Origin: Bryobacterales bacterium
GTDB lineage: Bacteria > Acidobacteriota > Terriglobia > Bryobacterales > UBA6623
Direction: 5' to 3'
Length of the DNA: 64,000 nt
Assembly (NCBI GenBank): GCA_963422375.2
Contig: OY729428.2
Location: forward strand, 3,296,001-3,360,000
The translations under genes were made by a program, and so were the position numbers. Of this stretch, positions 19,717-31,196 are shown piece after piece. Positions within the stretch are counted from its first letter, which is position 1. Each line of letters begins with the position of its first letter. The notes beneath the pieces are model-generated. The model did not search any database. It was given only the letters and a program-made list of their open reading frames with translations, and was not told the DNA's origin.

Positions 19717-21171
19717 TCAGTACTTCGGCACGGCGGGATCGACCTCGTCGCTCCAGCGTAGGATGCCGCCGGCCAGGTTGGTCACGCGGCTGAATCCCAT
19801 GTCCTTGAGAAGGCGCTGGGCCTTGCCGCTGCGCGCGCCGCTCTTGCAGTGGATAACGATGTCGGCCGTGGCGTCGAGCTCGTGGACGTGCTGCGGCAGG
19901 GTACCGAGCGGGATCAGCGTCGTGCCCGGAATCCGTGCGATCTCGAACTCGTGCGGCTCGCGCACGTCCAGCACGAACACGTCATCGCCCGCGTCGATGC
20001 GCGATTTCAGCTGGGTCGGGGCGATCTCGGGGAGCCGCTCGCGGGCCGCTTCCTCGGCCGCCTGCTGGGGGATGCCGCAGAACTGCTGGTAATCGATCAG
20101 CTCGCGCACGGTCGGGTTGTCCCCGCATACAGGGCATTCCGGGTTCCGGCGCAGCCGCAGCTCGCGGAATCGCATGCCGAGGGCGTCATAAAGCAGCAAG
20201 CGCCCGCTGAGCGACTCGCCCTTGCCCAGGACGATCTTGACGGTCTCGGTGGCCTGGATGCTGCCGATCACGGCCGGAAGAATGCCCAGAACCCCGCCCT
20301 CCGCACAGCTCGGGACCAAGCCCGGCGGAGGCGGTTCCGGGTAGAGGCAGCGGTAGCAAGGGCCGCCCAGGTGATGGAATACGGTCGCCTGACCTTCGAA
20401 GCGGAAGATAGACCCGTAGGCGTTGGGCTTCCCAAGCAGCACGCAGGCGTCGTTGACGAGGTACCTCGTCGGAAAGTTGTCGGTGCCGTCGACCACCAAA
20501 TCGTACCCGGAGATGATTTCGAACGCGTTCGAACTCGTCAGAGCGACTTCGAACTTGTCGATAATGAGGAGGGGGTTGATGTCCTGCATCGTCTCCGCCG
20601 CAGAATCGATCTTCGGTCGGCCGACGTCCCCGGTGCCATGGATCACCTGGCGCTGCAGGTTGGTCTCGTCGACCACGTCGAAATCGACAATCCCGATCCG
20701 CCCGATGCCGGCCGCGGCTAGGTACAGGCCGAGGGGAGCCCCCAGCCCCCCCGTCCCCACCATCAGTACCTTGGCGCCCTTCAGCTTCCGCTGGCCGTCC
20801 AAGCCCACCTCCGGGAGAATCAGATGCCGGCTGTAACGCAGGATTTCCTGGTTCGAAAGCTCCGGCAGGCCGACCGCGGGCGCTAGCCTCGCAGCGGCGG
20901 ATCCGCCGGCGATCGACGGAACGATGCTGATCGTGCTGGTCGGCTCCAGCGCAGTGTTCTCCCGGTCCAGATAGCGGATGTCCTCGTCATCTACGTAGAC
21001 GTTGACGAAGCTCCGCAGGCGGCCCTGATCGTTGAACAGGTTGCGCTTGATCTGCGGGTGCGAGGAAACCAGGTGCTCGAGGGCCTCGCCGACGGTGGCC
21101 GCGCTGACTTCGACGGCGTCCGAACCGCCGGCAAACTGCCGCAGGGGCGTGGGAATGAGGATCGTAGCCAT
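19717..21171 (-). CDS. moeB: MoaD/ThiS-like ubiquitin fold fused to MoeB/ThiF adenylyltransferase and rhodanese
   Basis: IPTPLR...VNVYVDDEDIR...SIAGG (ubiquitin-like); RYSRH, GTGGLG, TNLQRQ, DGTDNF, CYRC and CPVC; rhodanese LDVREPHE...HCKSGARS. Confidence 0.92.
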   Translation of the reverse strand: MATILIPTPLRQFAGGSDAVEVSAATVGEALEHLVSSHPQIKRNLFNDQGRLRSFVNVYVDDEDIRYLDRENTALEPTSTISIVPSIAGGSAAARLAPAVGLPELSNQEILRYSRHLILPEVGLDGQRKLKGAKVLMVGTGGLGAPLGLYLAAAGIGRIGIVDFDVVDETNLQRQVIHGTGDVGRPKIDSAAETMQDINPLLIIDKFEVALTSSNAFEIISGYDLVVDGTDNFPTRYLVNDACVLLGKPNAYGSIFRFEGQATVFHHLGGPCYRCLYPEPPPPGLVPSCAEGGVLGILPAVIGSIQATETVKIVLGKGESLSGRLLLYDALGMRFRELRLRRNPECPVCGDNPTVRELIDYQQFCGIPQQAAEEAARERLPEIAPTQLKSRIDAGDDVFVLDVREPHEFEIARIPGTTLIPLGTLPQHVHELDATADIVIHCKSGARSGKAQRLLKDMGFSRVTNLAGGILRWSDEVDPAVPKY

Positions 21172-21185
21172 GACCTTCTCCTCTC

Positions 21186-21230
21186 ATGCTAGCAATCACC
21201 CTATTCCCAGTCAACAAACTAGAGATTGAC
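21186..21230 (-). promoter_or_regulatory. Putative sigma70 promoter of the moaD-moeB fusion with overlapping inverted repeat
   Basis: Minus strand TTGACT-17 bp-TAGCAT; IR GTCAA-N11-TTGAC at 21210-21230. Confidence 0.4.
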
Positions 21231-21524
21231 GGGGGCACCCGCGCGGCGGCGGTCCGGCAGGCGGCGGAAGCCTCTCGGGGAGTAGCTTGCCCGACCCGAA
21301 TGCGGCGTGCCGGAGCGGGCGGCCGGTCCCGATTCAGGGGCGCGTACGATGTGCTGGCACCACTTGGAGGACAGCTACCTCAACCGGACGGATCGTCCTG
21401 AGACCCGGCTGGGCACCGCTGCCCTGCACGGAGCGCCTTCGGCAGCGCCTTCCCGATGGCTAAGGCGCGTCTGCCGGCAAAGAGATTAGCCAAGATCGGA
21501 TCGGACGGCTGCAAGACGCGCCCG

Positions 21525-21797
21525 TTAATTCTTGCGATTGCCCCGCTCGGTTGAACCGCGACCGTAGCGATTGCTAGCGCCCTCGGTCGAATGCCGGCTC
21601 CCGTACCGGCCGTGCGGATTGTTGACCGAATCGGGCGAATGGCGGCTGCCGTATCGCCCGTACGGATTCGCTACCGAGTTCGGATCGGAGCGGTTCGCGT
21701 TCAGATTGCCGAGAAACTTCCCGTCGGAACTGTAGACTTCAGGAGACTGCGCGCCGAGGACGAGGGCTGAAATAAAGAGAAGCAGGGAGACTCTCAT
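21525..21797 (-). CDS. Small secreted protein with NPYGRYGS repeats
   Basis: Signal peptide MRVSLLLFISALVLGA; DGKFLGNL...DPNSVANPYGRYGS...DSVNNPHGRYGS. Confidence 0.75.
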   Translation of the reverse strand: MRVSLLLFISALVLGAQSPEVYSSDGKFLGNLNANRSDPNSVANPYGRYGSRHSPDSVNNPHGRYGSRHSTEGASNRYGRGSTERGNRKN

Positions 21798-21813
21798 CTC
21801 GCATCGTTTCCAC

Positions 21814-24430
21814 CTAGGCCGAAGTCTGGCACGTCGAGCATTCGCATGCAAGAATCTCGCGAGACTTTCTGTTCCACCGCAGCTCGAGGACGGACTCCGA
21901 GAGGCCGACCCAATCGACCAGCAACACCCGGCCCGACGCCTGCCTCGCGGCATCCCGGTAGGCTTCGTTCGCCGGCAGCAGGGGAGCCTCCCGAAACTCC
22001 TCGAAGATGCGCTTGGCCGTCAGGATCCGGTCCGTCCCGAGGCCGCGGGGGTCGATCTCGACTAGATCCGGCAGGCGGCTGATCGTGATCCTCGCACTAC
22101 CCTGCTGCTGGAGCGGCCCGGACCACGAGAGCGCCATCAGTCCCAAGGTGGCGTTGCGCCGGGGCACAAGCACTTCATCCCAGTCCCACTGCATGAGAAA
22201 GCTCGGCCACGGTGTTCCGCCGATCTCGGGCTCGGCGGTCAGGAAGGCCGCCAGAGACTGCGAATGCATCCGGAAGTCCCGGTCGAAGTGCAGACGCGAG
22301 GCCGTCCGCTCCCACGCCTGGGCCGCCCGGTCCCAGCAGCCGGCCCGGGGTAGGCCCTCGCTGTCGGGCGCGACCACCAGCAGGCGCTCGCGGACGGCGT
22401 CATGCCCCCACAGCGCCGAGTGGGTCGGCGGGCCCGCCGGCGGCGGGATGTCGAAGGGCCTGCTTGGCATTCCGTCCGCCGCACGCTCCTCGCCGGAGAT
22501 ATCCCTCTCAACCAGGCCCCTCGATCCGAGTTCCCCCAATGCGACGACTGGCAGCGGCTCCTCGCGATGCCGGCCGAGCTTGAGCCGCCCGGCTGCCAAC
22601 GCTTCCATCGTCACCGCGAAGCACGGCTCCGCGAGGCCCGAGCAGCCCCGGCCGGTGATTGAGCGAAGGTACGACCCCGCCCGCTCGCTGCCCCCGAGCG
22701 ACGGGCGCCGCCGGCGTCATGCGCTCGATCACCCGGCCCGTTGCGTAGGCTTCGAGCAGCGGCCGACGCGCCAGATTGACGAGCAATGTCGGAGTGCGCG
22801 CCGCGTCGCCCTCGCCGCGGCGCGTCGCGATGACCAGCGACTCCCCACATCCCGGCGTGGGCCGATAACGCCCGCTCGGGCGCGCCTGTCGCCGCCATCG
22901 ACACAACCGTCACGTCGCTGTCGAACCGGCTCGCGTGCGCCACGTCGATGAAATTCGACGCGATCCCTGCATTGCCGTGCTCCGTCGGTGCCTCGCAATG
23001 CTGCCGCAACTCCCACAGCCGCTGTGACATCGCCCCCTGCTCGGCCTCGCCGGTCTTGATTCCCGCGAACGACTGCACCGGCACCTCGGCCGACTCGTGG
23101 TTAGTCGGGCCTGCGAAGGGCGGGTTCATGATCACCCGGTCCGCAGGCCGGTGCGGAAGATCGAGGTCGAGCACATCCTCATCGGCTCCCTTGCCGCGCG
23201 CCGGCATGCGGCCCGTTCCGACCCGCGCCTACGTCGGCTCCTCGCGGATCAGCTCCAGCGACCCCGGGAACGCCGTCCGAGCGGTCTCAACGGGCTGCTC
23301 CCCGTACGGCCGCGGGTAGATCCGCGGGATCGCGAACGTCGCCTTGGGATGCGCGCTCGCCAGCGTCTAGGCGGCCAAGTGCGTCGCCGCGTGAACGATG
23401 TCCGCCGCGACCAGCGGCCCCTCCATCGTCGGGCGGTGCAGCCGTGAGTCGCCGCCGCCCGATACGCCGCCTTAGGCAGCGCTCCGGGTCTGCCTGCCAG
23501 GTCCGAGATCCGCAGCGCTGAGACTTGCCGCGGCTTGGACGATTCGACTGCCAAACGGGACACCGCCTGCTCCGCCAAGCGAGCCGCCGACGCCGGCAAC
23601 GTGTAGGGTGTCGCTAGGAACTTGCGGTCGGCGATGAGGCGCTGGAACCTCTGTCCCGACATATCCTCGATACCCGTCGCGCCCATCGTCGCCAGCCGGC
23701 TCGCAACCTGCGTCAGTCGCCCGAGAATCTTCCGCGCCGGAAGCTCCGGCAGCTCTCGCGGCAGGTCGGACGCGTTTCGGAAGCTTCGGCCAGTAGTTGA
23801 TCTCGCCCAAAATGCTCTCCCAGCACTCCAGGACTTCAAGCCGCGGCGTCGATGCCTCGCTCCGAAGGCACCCTTTGGGCGTCTTGATGCAATAGCAGCG
23901 GGCGATCAGCGGGCCCAAGACCAGCGCGCTGGCGATGATCGCCAGCGCCATGCGCGCGGTTCGCATCTCTGTCCTGCTGGCGCAGGATGCGGGCGGGGCG
24001 CCCCGCGGCCACGCCCATCCCAAACGCCACCTCGGCGCGGAGTGTCGATGTCGCGCCTCGCACGCCCGCCTTCCTGCAGGCACATGCCTTTGGCGACTCG
24101 TCGCTGCGACAGGGCGACGTGCTCGATGCAGGTCGCGAGCCTGTCGACGCTCTCCCGAATCCAGCCTGCAGCCGGCACCGGCGCCAGGGGCCCGACAGGG
24201 CGCAGATCGGAGACTCGGCCCGCTCGAAGCGGCTCGCGAGAGCGCCCTGCCCCTCGCGCAGATCTGCCCGAATCCTGACCGCGACAACTTGCTCGACGGC
24301 GGCGGCGCGCTCGTCCGTCACGCGGCCGAGCCGCTGCAAGGCGTCCCGTTCGACGGTCCGGGCTGGCTCGAACTCGGTCTCGATGACGACTGAGAGCCCG
24401 CCGGGGTGATGCAAGACCATATCCGACTGG
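21814..24430 (-). pseudogene. Decayed large restriction-modification (N6-adenine methyltransferase, type IIG-like) gene
   Basis: Collinear fragments in several frames: VVIETEFEPARTVERDA, WESILGEINYWP, IADRKFLAT.YTLP, VIMNPPF (motif IV), GNAGIASNF, LLPANEAYRD. Confidence 0.75.
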
Positions 24431-25114
24431 AGGGCCGACCGTTCACGGAGGGCCGCTCGGAGCGACCGATCGTTCCGCGGCTCCGGCCTAGGTGCCGAGA
24501 GAAGGCATCTCGCCCGGAATCGCCCAACGTTCAGCGAGCCTGAATTCGATCCAATACGGCAGGCTAGCGACGTGCTCTCAGGCCATGGAGTGAACGTCCA
24601 CCTCGGGCAAGCTGTGCGGCAAGCAAGCGCTGGCGGCATGGGCGGTGCCGGTGCGAGAGACGGCGGGCGCGGGCCAGCGGGGTTGCGGGACCGGCTGCCG
24701 TTGACAATCGGAGAGCAGCGGGCGCGGGCAGGCGGGCCGAAATGCTTCCGCCGCGTCACTTCTCGGACCGCCGCCAAGCGATTCCTCGGCTCGGAACCTC
24801 GTCCCGATGCCTGGGGCCACCCGTCCCAGTCGCCTTGCCGAGTCTCGGTGGGCCGGAGCGTCTGCTCTCCAGCCATCCGCAGTTGCCAGAGGACGCTCTG
24901 GATTGCCTCGCGCCTGGCATCTTCGGTACTAAGTTCACCGTCACCCAGCACACCTAGGATTCGATTGCGGGATGGCCAGAGGTCAACGGGGACACGTTGA
25001 AATCACGGGCACATACGATGTGCGGATTGTGTGTTCGGATCTGCTTCTCCTTGGCACGATTGCCTCGGCTCGACTTGGAGGAATTGAGTCGCGAGGCGTC
25101 GAGTCTGCCAGATA

Positions 25115-26248
25115 CTACTTCAAGACAGCGAAGTCCTCCAGTGTCAGGTCCTTATAGGTATGCCACACGTACGTCTTCCTCAGTTCGAGAATAGCCGCCT
25201 GCGCTTTTTCAGCCTCGGGATCGATCCTTGTGTTCTGTCTAACTGGCGTATCCGGAGCCTCCGAGATCTGCGGTGCTGTGGAGCTACAGCTGTTGTAGTA
25301 GTCTTGAAGCCTGTTCAGGTCAGGAAAGATCTCCTTTGGTGTCTCATGTCCAAAGTAATGGTGATGGTATACCTCGATATCCCGCCATGTGGACGTACCA
25401 TATAACCTCCATTTAGGTGCCATAAAAGAGTCATTATAGTGACGTAGATACGAGTAATCTCCACTGAATGCTACGATCCTACCTTGCATTTTGATGAGAT
25501 ATTCCTTCGGAGAGGTCACATCCTTGACGGGCCACACAATGACATCCATCCAAGTCTTCTCCGGCATTAAGGTATCCGTCGCGAGGCTACTCGCAGTCGG
25601 ATTGTCGAAGCGGTCACTCGTCTTCTGCCTAGACCTGAGCTGCGCCCAGAGCTGCTCGCGTGAAACTTCGAACGTGAATAGGTCGCCCAGACCCGGCCAC
25701 CGCACCGGCCCGCTCGTAAGGGCGCTCTTAAGCACTGGCCTACCCCCTGCGCCGAACCAGATGTCCATGGGGCTCAGCAGTCTCGCGTCGAGCATGGAGT
25801 AGCCGCGACTCCTAATCCTTTTTGCCGTGCGGACATCCACGCGGACTCGCTCTCCGTCATGGTCGAACTCGACAATGCCAGCGGGGTTCACTCGCCTCTT
25901 GCTCGGCATCGTGACTCGGATGTAGTCAGAATCACAGGACACTTCCAGAACCAACGGATATGCGAGGTCGTCGACGGTGGATTCTGGCGTGCAGTGAGCG
26001 AAATCTGTTCGGTCGCTGCCTGGTGCCCAGCACAGCGCCGAGGCGTTCGACGCGTCCACCCAATAGCTCTGCGCGTTGACCGGGACGATGAAAGTCTCGG
26101 ATTGAGCAGACGGGGAGGCCAGCAGAGCTGCTGCGGCGAGCAGGCCACCCAGACTCATCGACGCGTTCGTGTGCGCCGGGTTGGGGGAGCAATGGCTTGG
26201 ATTCATCGAAAGTCTCCGGTCCGAGTGTCGGCGGGACGCGACGGGCAT
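25115..26248 (-). CDS. Hypothetical exported protein with lower GC
   Basis: 377-aa ORF with normal protein composition; signal-like MSLGGLLAAAALLASPSAQS. The true start is probably downstream of 26248. Confidence 0.6.
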   Translation of the reverse strand: MPVASRRHSDRRLSMNPSHCSPNPAHTNASMSLGGLLAAAALLASPSAQSETFIVPVNAQSYWVDASNASALCWAPGSDRTDFAHCTPESTVDDLAYPLVLEVSCDSDYIRVTMPSKRRVNPAGIVEFDHDGERVRVDVRTAKRIRSRGYSMLDARLLSPMDIWFGAGGRPVLKSALTSGPVRWPGLGDLFTFEVSREQLWAQLRSRQKTSDRFDNPTASSLATDTLMPEKTWMDVIVWPVKDVTSPKEYLIKMQGRIVAFSGDYSYLRHYNDSFMAPKWRLYGTSTWRDIEVYHHHYFGHETPKEIFPDLNRLQDYYNSCSSTAPQISEAPDTPVRQNTRIDPEAEKAQAAILELRKTYVWHTYKDLTLEDFAVLK

Positions 26249-26939
26249 CGTAAGCGTGAGACGCCTCAGGTGATCGATTCGGGTACAACAGTCGCAATCC
26301 CGGACGGGGCATGATCAGGAAGTCGCTGTGGCGCATCGTCCCTCCGGGGCCTGCGCACAGAACAACGGACGCGGACTTCCGTTAGCAGACGCGCCCAGAA
26401 ATGATTGACTACACCGGCAGATCACGTCTAACCCATTGGAATAACGAAACTTACGATCACACCACCGTCAGGATCGGTGCGAGACACGCTAGAGTGCTTG
26501 ACCGCTTGACTTGCCCACTCATCCGGAGTGCGGAACGTTCGGGCCTCATCGTCGCCGTCGGTCGATGGCGGCCTCGGCTCGCCTGGAAGCGATGGAGCGC
26601 GATCGCGAACCGGTATGATGCCCGCCGACGCGGTTGCGTCGTCTGATGCACCATTGTATTCGAGTCCGAGGTGACAGGACGGCACGCGATACAGGCTCGC
26701 GTGCATATGCACGGTTGATTGCGGCCAAGCACCGAGACACAGGGGCAGTGTTTCGGAATGCGCCATGCCATCGCCCGCGGCCCCGAGCGGCCACGGCTGG
26801 TCGATCGATCCATCCCGGATTTCTTCGAACCGTGCATGACGAGCCTGGGCCGACCGGGACGCCTTGCCGCCATGGACGCTCGGCTCCGAGCAACGCTGCC
26901 GCAGCAGCACGTCCGGCGAGGCAATGATTCTCGGCGAGG

Positions 26940-27539
26940 ATGCCGCGCCAGCACTTCAGCACTTCGCGACAGGGTGTCGACTCGTCGGACCCGAGGTACT
27001 TCATGGGAGTCTTGATGTGGTAGGACCCGCAATTCAGCGTGTCAAGTGCCAGCGGATTGGCGAGAATCGCTCTGGACATCCGCGACGTCTGAACGCCGGA
27101 TTGCTGATGCATGGCGCGAGCGATGCTCTCAGCTGCCGCCGGCCGGTCCGCTTCCAGTTCCTCGCGCAGGATCGACGTCGCGCCTCGCGTGCCGAGCTCC
27201 AGCTGGCGCATGTCCTACTCGATGCGGTCTGCGAGTTTCCCGTGGGCCCTCGAGCAGGACGGACGGAATCCTGACCGCAGGCACCTGCTCGACTGCCGAG
27301 CTGAGGTCGTCCAAGACTCGGCCGAGCCCCTTCGGAGCGTCCTGCTCTACGCTTCGGGCCGGTTCAAACTCGGTCTCGATGACGACCGAGAGCCCGTCGG
27401 AGTGATGCAGGACGCCATCCGGCTGGAGGGCGCGCCAGTCGAATACCCGGCTCTGCGCGGCCGCCTGCGCATCGCGGCAGTGCGGGTGCTTTTCGCGCAG
27501 GACTCGCACGAAACCGAAGTAAGGCTTCTGCTCGGACAT
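26940..27539 (-). pseudogene. Second, N-terminal-only remnant of the same R-M gene family
   Basis: MSEQKPYFG...LQPDGVLHHSDGLSVVIETEFEPARSVEQDA..LGRV, similar to ~24150-24430; frameshifted. Confidence 0.7.
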
Positions 27540-27927
27540 GCGCTGCGGCGGCCCCTACCTCTGCGGAGCAAGATCGACGGGCCTGCCGCTCTGTGGGCGT
27601 CGCGTCACGCCCGAGGGGGAAGCGAAGGCGGCCGGGCCACTTCCCTGACCCGCAACACCGCGCGCGACGGTGGCACCGGCACGGCATCAGCGCGGTCCGT
27701 CATGCCCGCTCTTGCGGGGACTTGCAGGTCGAGCCCCCTGGCGCCATCTTTCGTTGGTATCGCCGAGAGTCGTCCCGGCATTGAGACCCACTCGAGTTCG
27801 ACAGCGTTCGGCCGGTCCGCCGGCTGCGGCCGAATGAGTGGCGCGGCCGCTCGCTCCGTGACGCGATAGCATGTGCCTACACGCTCGGACCGGTAGGGGC
27901 CGAGCCCCGGATGCTTCGTTGCCAAGG

Positions 27928-28554
27928 GTGACTCCACGGTTTTTCGCTAGCGCCGAGGAGCTCAGGGCATGGTTCCGTGATAATCACGACAAGCTCGACG
28001 AGCAGTGGTTCGGGTACTTCAAGAAGGGCACCGGAATACCTAGCGTCGACTGGCCGCAGTCTGTCGATGTCGCTCTCTGCTTCGGCTGGATCGACGGGAT
28101 CCGCAAGAGCCGCGACGCCATCAGCTACATGATTCGCTTCACGCCCCGCCGCCCGCGGAGCCGCTGGAGCGCCCGAAACGTCGCCCGGATCGAAGAGCTG
28201 GCGGCCGCCGGCCTCGTCGAGGAGGCCGGACTCGCGGCCTTCAGTGGACGATCCGCCGAGCCAACCCTGCCGGCGACCGCATCCGACCGGTTGCCGGCCC
28301 GGTTCGAGAGCGCGGTCCGGTCCAATCCCTCCGCGTGGAGCTATTACCGCTCCGCCCGGCCCTCCTACCGCAAGCAGGTCGCACTGTGGGTGACGAGCGC
28401 CAGCAAGGAGGTGACAAGGCTCCGTCGGCTCGAAACCCTGATCGAATGCTGCGCCGGAGGCGAGCCCGTCCCCCCGCTGCGCTGGATCCAGAAGGGCGGG
28501 CGCCGAGCGCGGGTTACGGCCTCGTCAGCCGCGCCGCGACGGACCCCTTCGTGA
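27928..28554 (+). CDS. YdeI/OmpD-associated family protein
   Basis: FFASAEELRAWF...KKGTG...ALCFGWIDG...RFTPRRPRSRWS...AGLAAF. Confidence 0.88.
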   Translation: MTPRFFASAEELRAWFRDNHDKLDEQWFGYFKKGTGIPSVDWPQSVDVALCFGWIDGIRKSRDAISYMIRFTPRRPRSRWSARNVARIEELAAAGLVEEAGLAAFSGRSAEPTLPATASDRLPARFESAVRSNPSAWSYYRSARPSYRKQVALWVTSASKEVTRLRRLETLIECCAGGEPVPPLRWIQKGGRRARVTASSAAPRRTPS

Positions 28555-29119
28555 TGGCTTCCGGGCTTTGGAACATGCCGATCCCCGCGATAGCGGCCGC
28601 CCCGGCATCCAGGCACGCCCCGGCCCGGTCGGCCCTGACGCCTCCCAGCGCGTAGACGGGTATGTCCGCGAGGCGGCAGGCGCTCCGCAGTCCGTCCAGG
28701 CCGGGGATGCAGGTCGTCCCGGGCTTCGACTCGGTAGGAAAGACCGGCCCGAAGACGACGAAGTCGGCCCCCTCGCGCTCGGCCCGAAGCACCTCGCCCA
28801 CGTCGTGCGTGGACGCCGCGATCAGGAAGCCTCGGGGCGCCACCGCCCGGAGATCCGGGACCGGCGGCGCGTCCGCGGGCAGGTGGACGCCGTGCGCGCC
28901 GGCCGCAAGCGCGACGTCAAGCCTGCCGTTGACCAAGAGCTTCGCCCGGCGGCCTCGGATCCTGCGCAGAGCCGCCCGGGCGAGCGCGAGCAGGTCCCGT
29001 ACGGGAAGGTCCTTCTCGCGCAGCTGGATCCGCTCGACTCCCGCCCGGGCGTTCGCCTCGACGCAGTCCAGCAGGTCCGCGGGACAGCGGCGACGGTCCG
29101 TGATGTAATACCGCTTCAT
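28514..29119 (-). CDS. Thiamine-phosphate synthase/TenI-family protein
   Basis: YYITD, IQLREKDL, NGRLDVA...GVHLP, STH, FGPVFPTESKP and VYALGG motifs. Confidence 0.88.
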   Translation of the reverse strand: MKRYYITDRRRCPADLLDCVEANARAGVERIQLREKDLPVRDLLALARAALRRIRGRRAKLLVNGRLDVALAAGAHGVHLPADAPPVPDLRAVAPRGFLIAASTHDVGEVLRAEREGADFVVFGPVFPTESKPGTTCIPGLDGLRSACRLADIPVYALGGVRADRAGACLDAGAAAIAGIGMFQSPEAITKGSVAARLTRP

Positions 29120-29156
29120 CGCTCGACGCTCCAAGGAAGCCGGATTGGATCCAATG

Positions 29157-29196
29157 TTGACAACGATTGACTAAAGTAACGTCATGAGTGTATACT
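29157..29196 (+). promoter_or_regulatory. dnaK operon promoter with HAIR-like operators
   Basis: TTGACT (29167) - 18 bp - TATACT (29191). Overlapping TTGACA-N7-ACTAAA and TTGACT-N7-CGTCAT resemble the HspR site TTGAGT-N7-ACTCAA. Confidence 0.6.
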
Positions 29197-29255
29197 AAGA
29201 ATCCAGCGGGGACCGCGAGGGCGGTCACCATCCGAAGCCAAGGGGGAGGCAAGCA

Positions 29256-31163
29256 ATGGGCAAGGTGATCGGAATCGACCTCGGAACCACCAACTCCGTA
29301 GTCGCGGTGATGCAAGCCGGCCAGCCTACCGTGATCGCGAACCAGGACGGAGGGCGCACCACGCCGTCGGTGGTCGCCTTTACCAAGAGCGGGGAGCGCC
29401 TGGTCGGCGAGACAGCGAAGCGGCAGTCTGTCACGAATCCCGAATCGACCATCTATTCGATCAAGCGGTTCATGGGCCGGAGGCCTGCGGAAGTCCGCGA
29501 GGAGACCGAGTTCGTACCGTACAAGACAACCGTCGGCGGCGGCCTGCTCAAGGTGATGGCCGCGGGCAAGAACTACTCGCCGCAAGAGATTTCGGCGATG
29601 GTGCTGGGCAAGCTCAAGACGGCCGCCGAGGACTACCTCGGCGAGAAGGTGACGCAAGCGGTCATCACCGTCCCGGCGTACTTCAACGACTCCCAGCGCC
29701 AAGCCACCAAGGACGCCGGCAAGATCGCCGGTCTGGAGGTGCTGCGCATCATCAACGAGCCGACCGCCGCGGCCTTGGCGTACGGCCTCGACAAGAAGGA
29801 AAACGAGACCATCGTGGTGTACGACTTCGGAGGCGGCACCTTCGACATCTCGATTCTCGAGGTGGGCGACGGCGTCGTCGAGGTCAAGTCGACCAACGGC
29901 GACACCCATCTCGGCGGCGACAACATCGACAGCCACCTCGTGCAGTGGATCGTAGACGAGTTCCGCAGAGAGCACGGGATCGACCTGTCCAAGGACACCA
30001 TGGCCTTGCAGCGCCTGCGGGAAGCGGCCGAGAAGGCCAAGATGGCGCTCTCGGGCCTGATGCAGACCGAGATCAACCTGCCCTTCATCACCGCCGACGC
30101 CACCGGGCCGAAGCACCTCCAGCTCAACCTGACCCGGGCGCGCTTGGAGCAGATGATCGAGCCGCTGATCCGCCGCACCCTCGAGCCCTGCAAGAAGGCG
30201 CTGGCCGATGCCGGGCTGAATCCGAGGCAGATCGACGAAGTGGTGCTGGTCGGAGGTTCCACGCGCATACCCAAGGTGCAGCAGCTGGTCGAGGAGCTGT
30301 TCGGCAAGGAGCCGCACAAGGGCGTCAACGCGGACGAGGTCGTGGCGATCGGCGCGGCCGTGCAGGGCGGCGTCCTGGGCGGCGAGGTCAAGGACGTCCT
30401 GCTGCTAGACGTCACCCCCCTGTCCCTCGGAATCGAGACGCTCGGCGGGGTGTTCACCAAGCTGATCGACCGGAACACGACCATCCCCACGCGCAAGTCG
30501 GAGACCTTCTCGACGGCCGCGGACAGCCAGACCTCGGTGGAGGTCAAGGTCTTCCAAGGCGAGCGGTCGATGGCGTCCGACAACCGCCTGCTGGGCGTAT
30601 TCCAGCTCGTGGGCATCCCGCCCGCGCCGCGGGGGGTCCCGCAGGTCGAGGTCACCTTCGACATCGACGCCAACGGCATCCTGAACGTGTCGGCCAAGGA
30701 CAAGGCCACCAGCAAGCAGCAGCAGATCACGATCACCAGCTCGTCGGGCCTGTCCAAGGATGAGATCGAGAAGATGGCGCACGAGGCGGAGGAGCACTCC
30801 GCCGACGACGCCAAGCGCAAGGAGGAAGTCGAGGCCCGCAACCAAGCCGACGCGGTCATCTACTCCACCGAGAAGACCCTCAACGAGAACCGCGACAAGG
30901 TCGACCCGGCCGACGCGGTGAAGATCGAGCAGGCGATCAGCGCGGCGCGCGAGGCGGTCAAGAACGGCTCGACGGCGCAGATTCGCAGCGCCGTCGAGGA
31001 TCTGACGAAGGCGAGCCACAAGCTGGCCGAAGCCATGTACACTTCCGAGGCGGGCGGCGCGGGGCAGGAATCCCCGGACGAGCCCGCGGCAGGAGCGCCG
31101 CAGCCGGACGACGACGTGGTAGACGCCGAGTTCGTCGACGGCGACGAGAAGCCGAAGCGCTAG
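29256..31163 (+). CDS. dnaK: Chaperone DnaK
   Basis: [29 protein letters not shown] and DFGGGTFD motifs; RBS GGAGG. Confidence 0.99.
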   Translation: MGKVIGIDLGTTNSVVAVMQAGQPTVIANQDGGRTTPSVVAFTKSGERLVGETAKRQSVTNPESTIYSIKRFMGRRPAEVREETEFVPYKTTVGGGLLKVMAAGKNYSPQEISAMVLGKLKTAAEDYLGEKVTQAVITVPAYFNDSQRQATKDAGKIAGLEVLRIINEPTAAALAYGLDKKENETIVVYDFGGGTFDISILEVGDGVVEVKSTNGDTHLGGDNIDSHLVQWIVDEFRREHGIDLSKDTMALQRLREAAEKAKMALSGLMQTEINLPFITADATGPKHLQLNLTRARLEQMIEPLIRRTLEPCKKALADAGLNPRQIDEVVLVGGSTRIPKVQQLVEELFGKEPHKGVNADEVVAIGAAVQGGVLGGEVKDVLLLDVTPLSLGIETLGGVFTKLIDRNTTIPTRKSETFSTAADSQTSVEVKVFQGERSMASDNRLLGVFQLVGIPPAPRGVPQVEVTFDIDANGILNVSAKDKATSKQQQITITSSSGLSKDEIEKMAHEAEEHSADDAKRKEEVEARNQADAVIYSTEKTLNENRDKVDPADAVKIEQAISAAREAVKNGSTAQIRSAVEDLTKASHKLAEAMYTSEAGGAGQESPDEPAAGAPQPDDDVVDAEFVDGDEKPKR

Positions 31164-31196
31164 ACGGAGGGCGGCGGGCCGGGCCGCCGTCTCGCA

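Noticed and set aside
21277..21410. GGGGAGTAGC resembling the start of a yybP-ykoY riboswitch
   Set aside because: The other conserved elements were not found, and there is no downstream gene on that strand.
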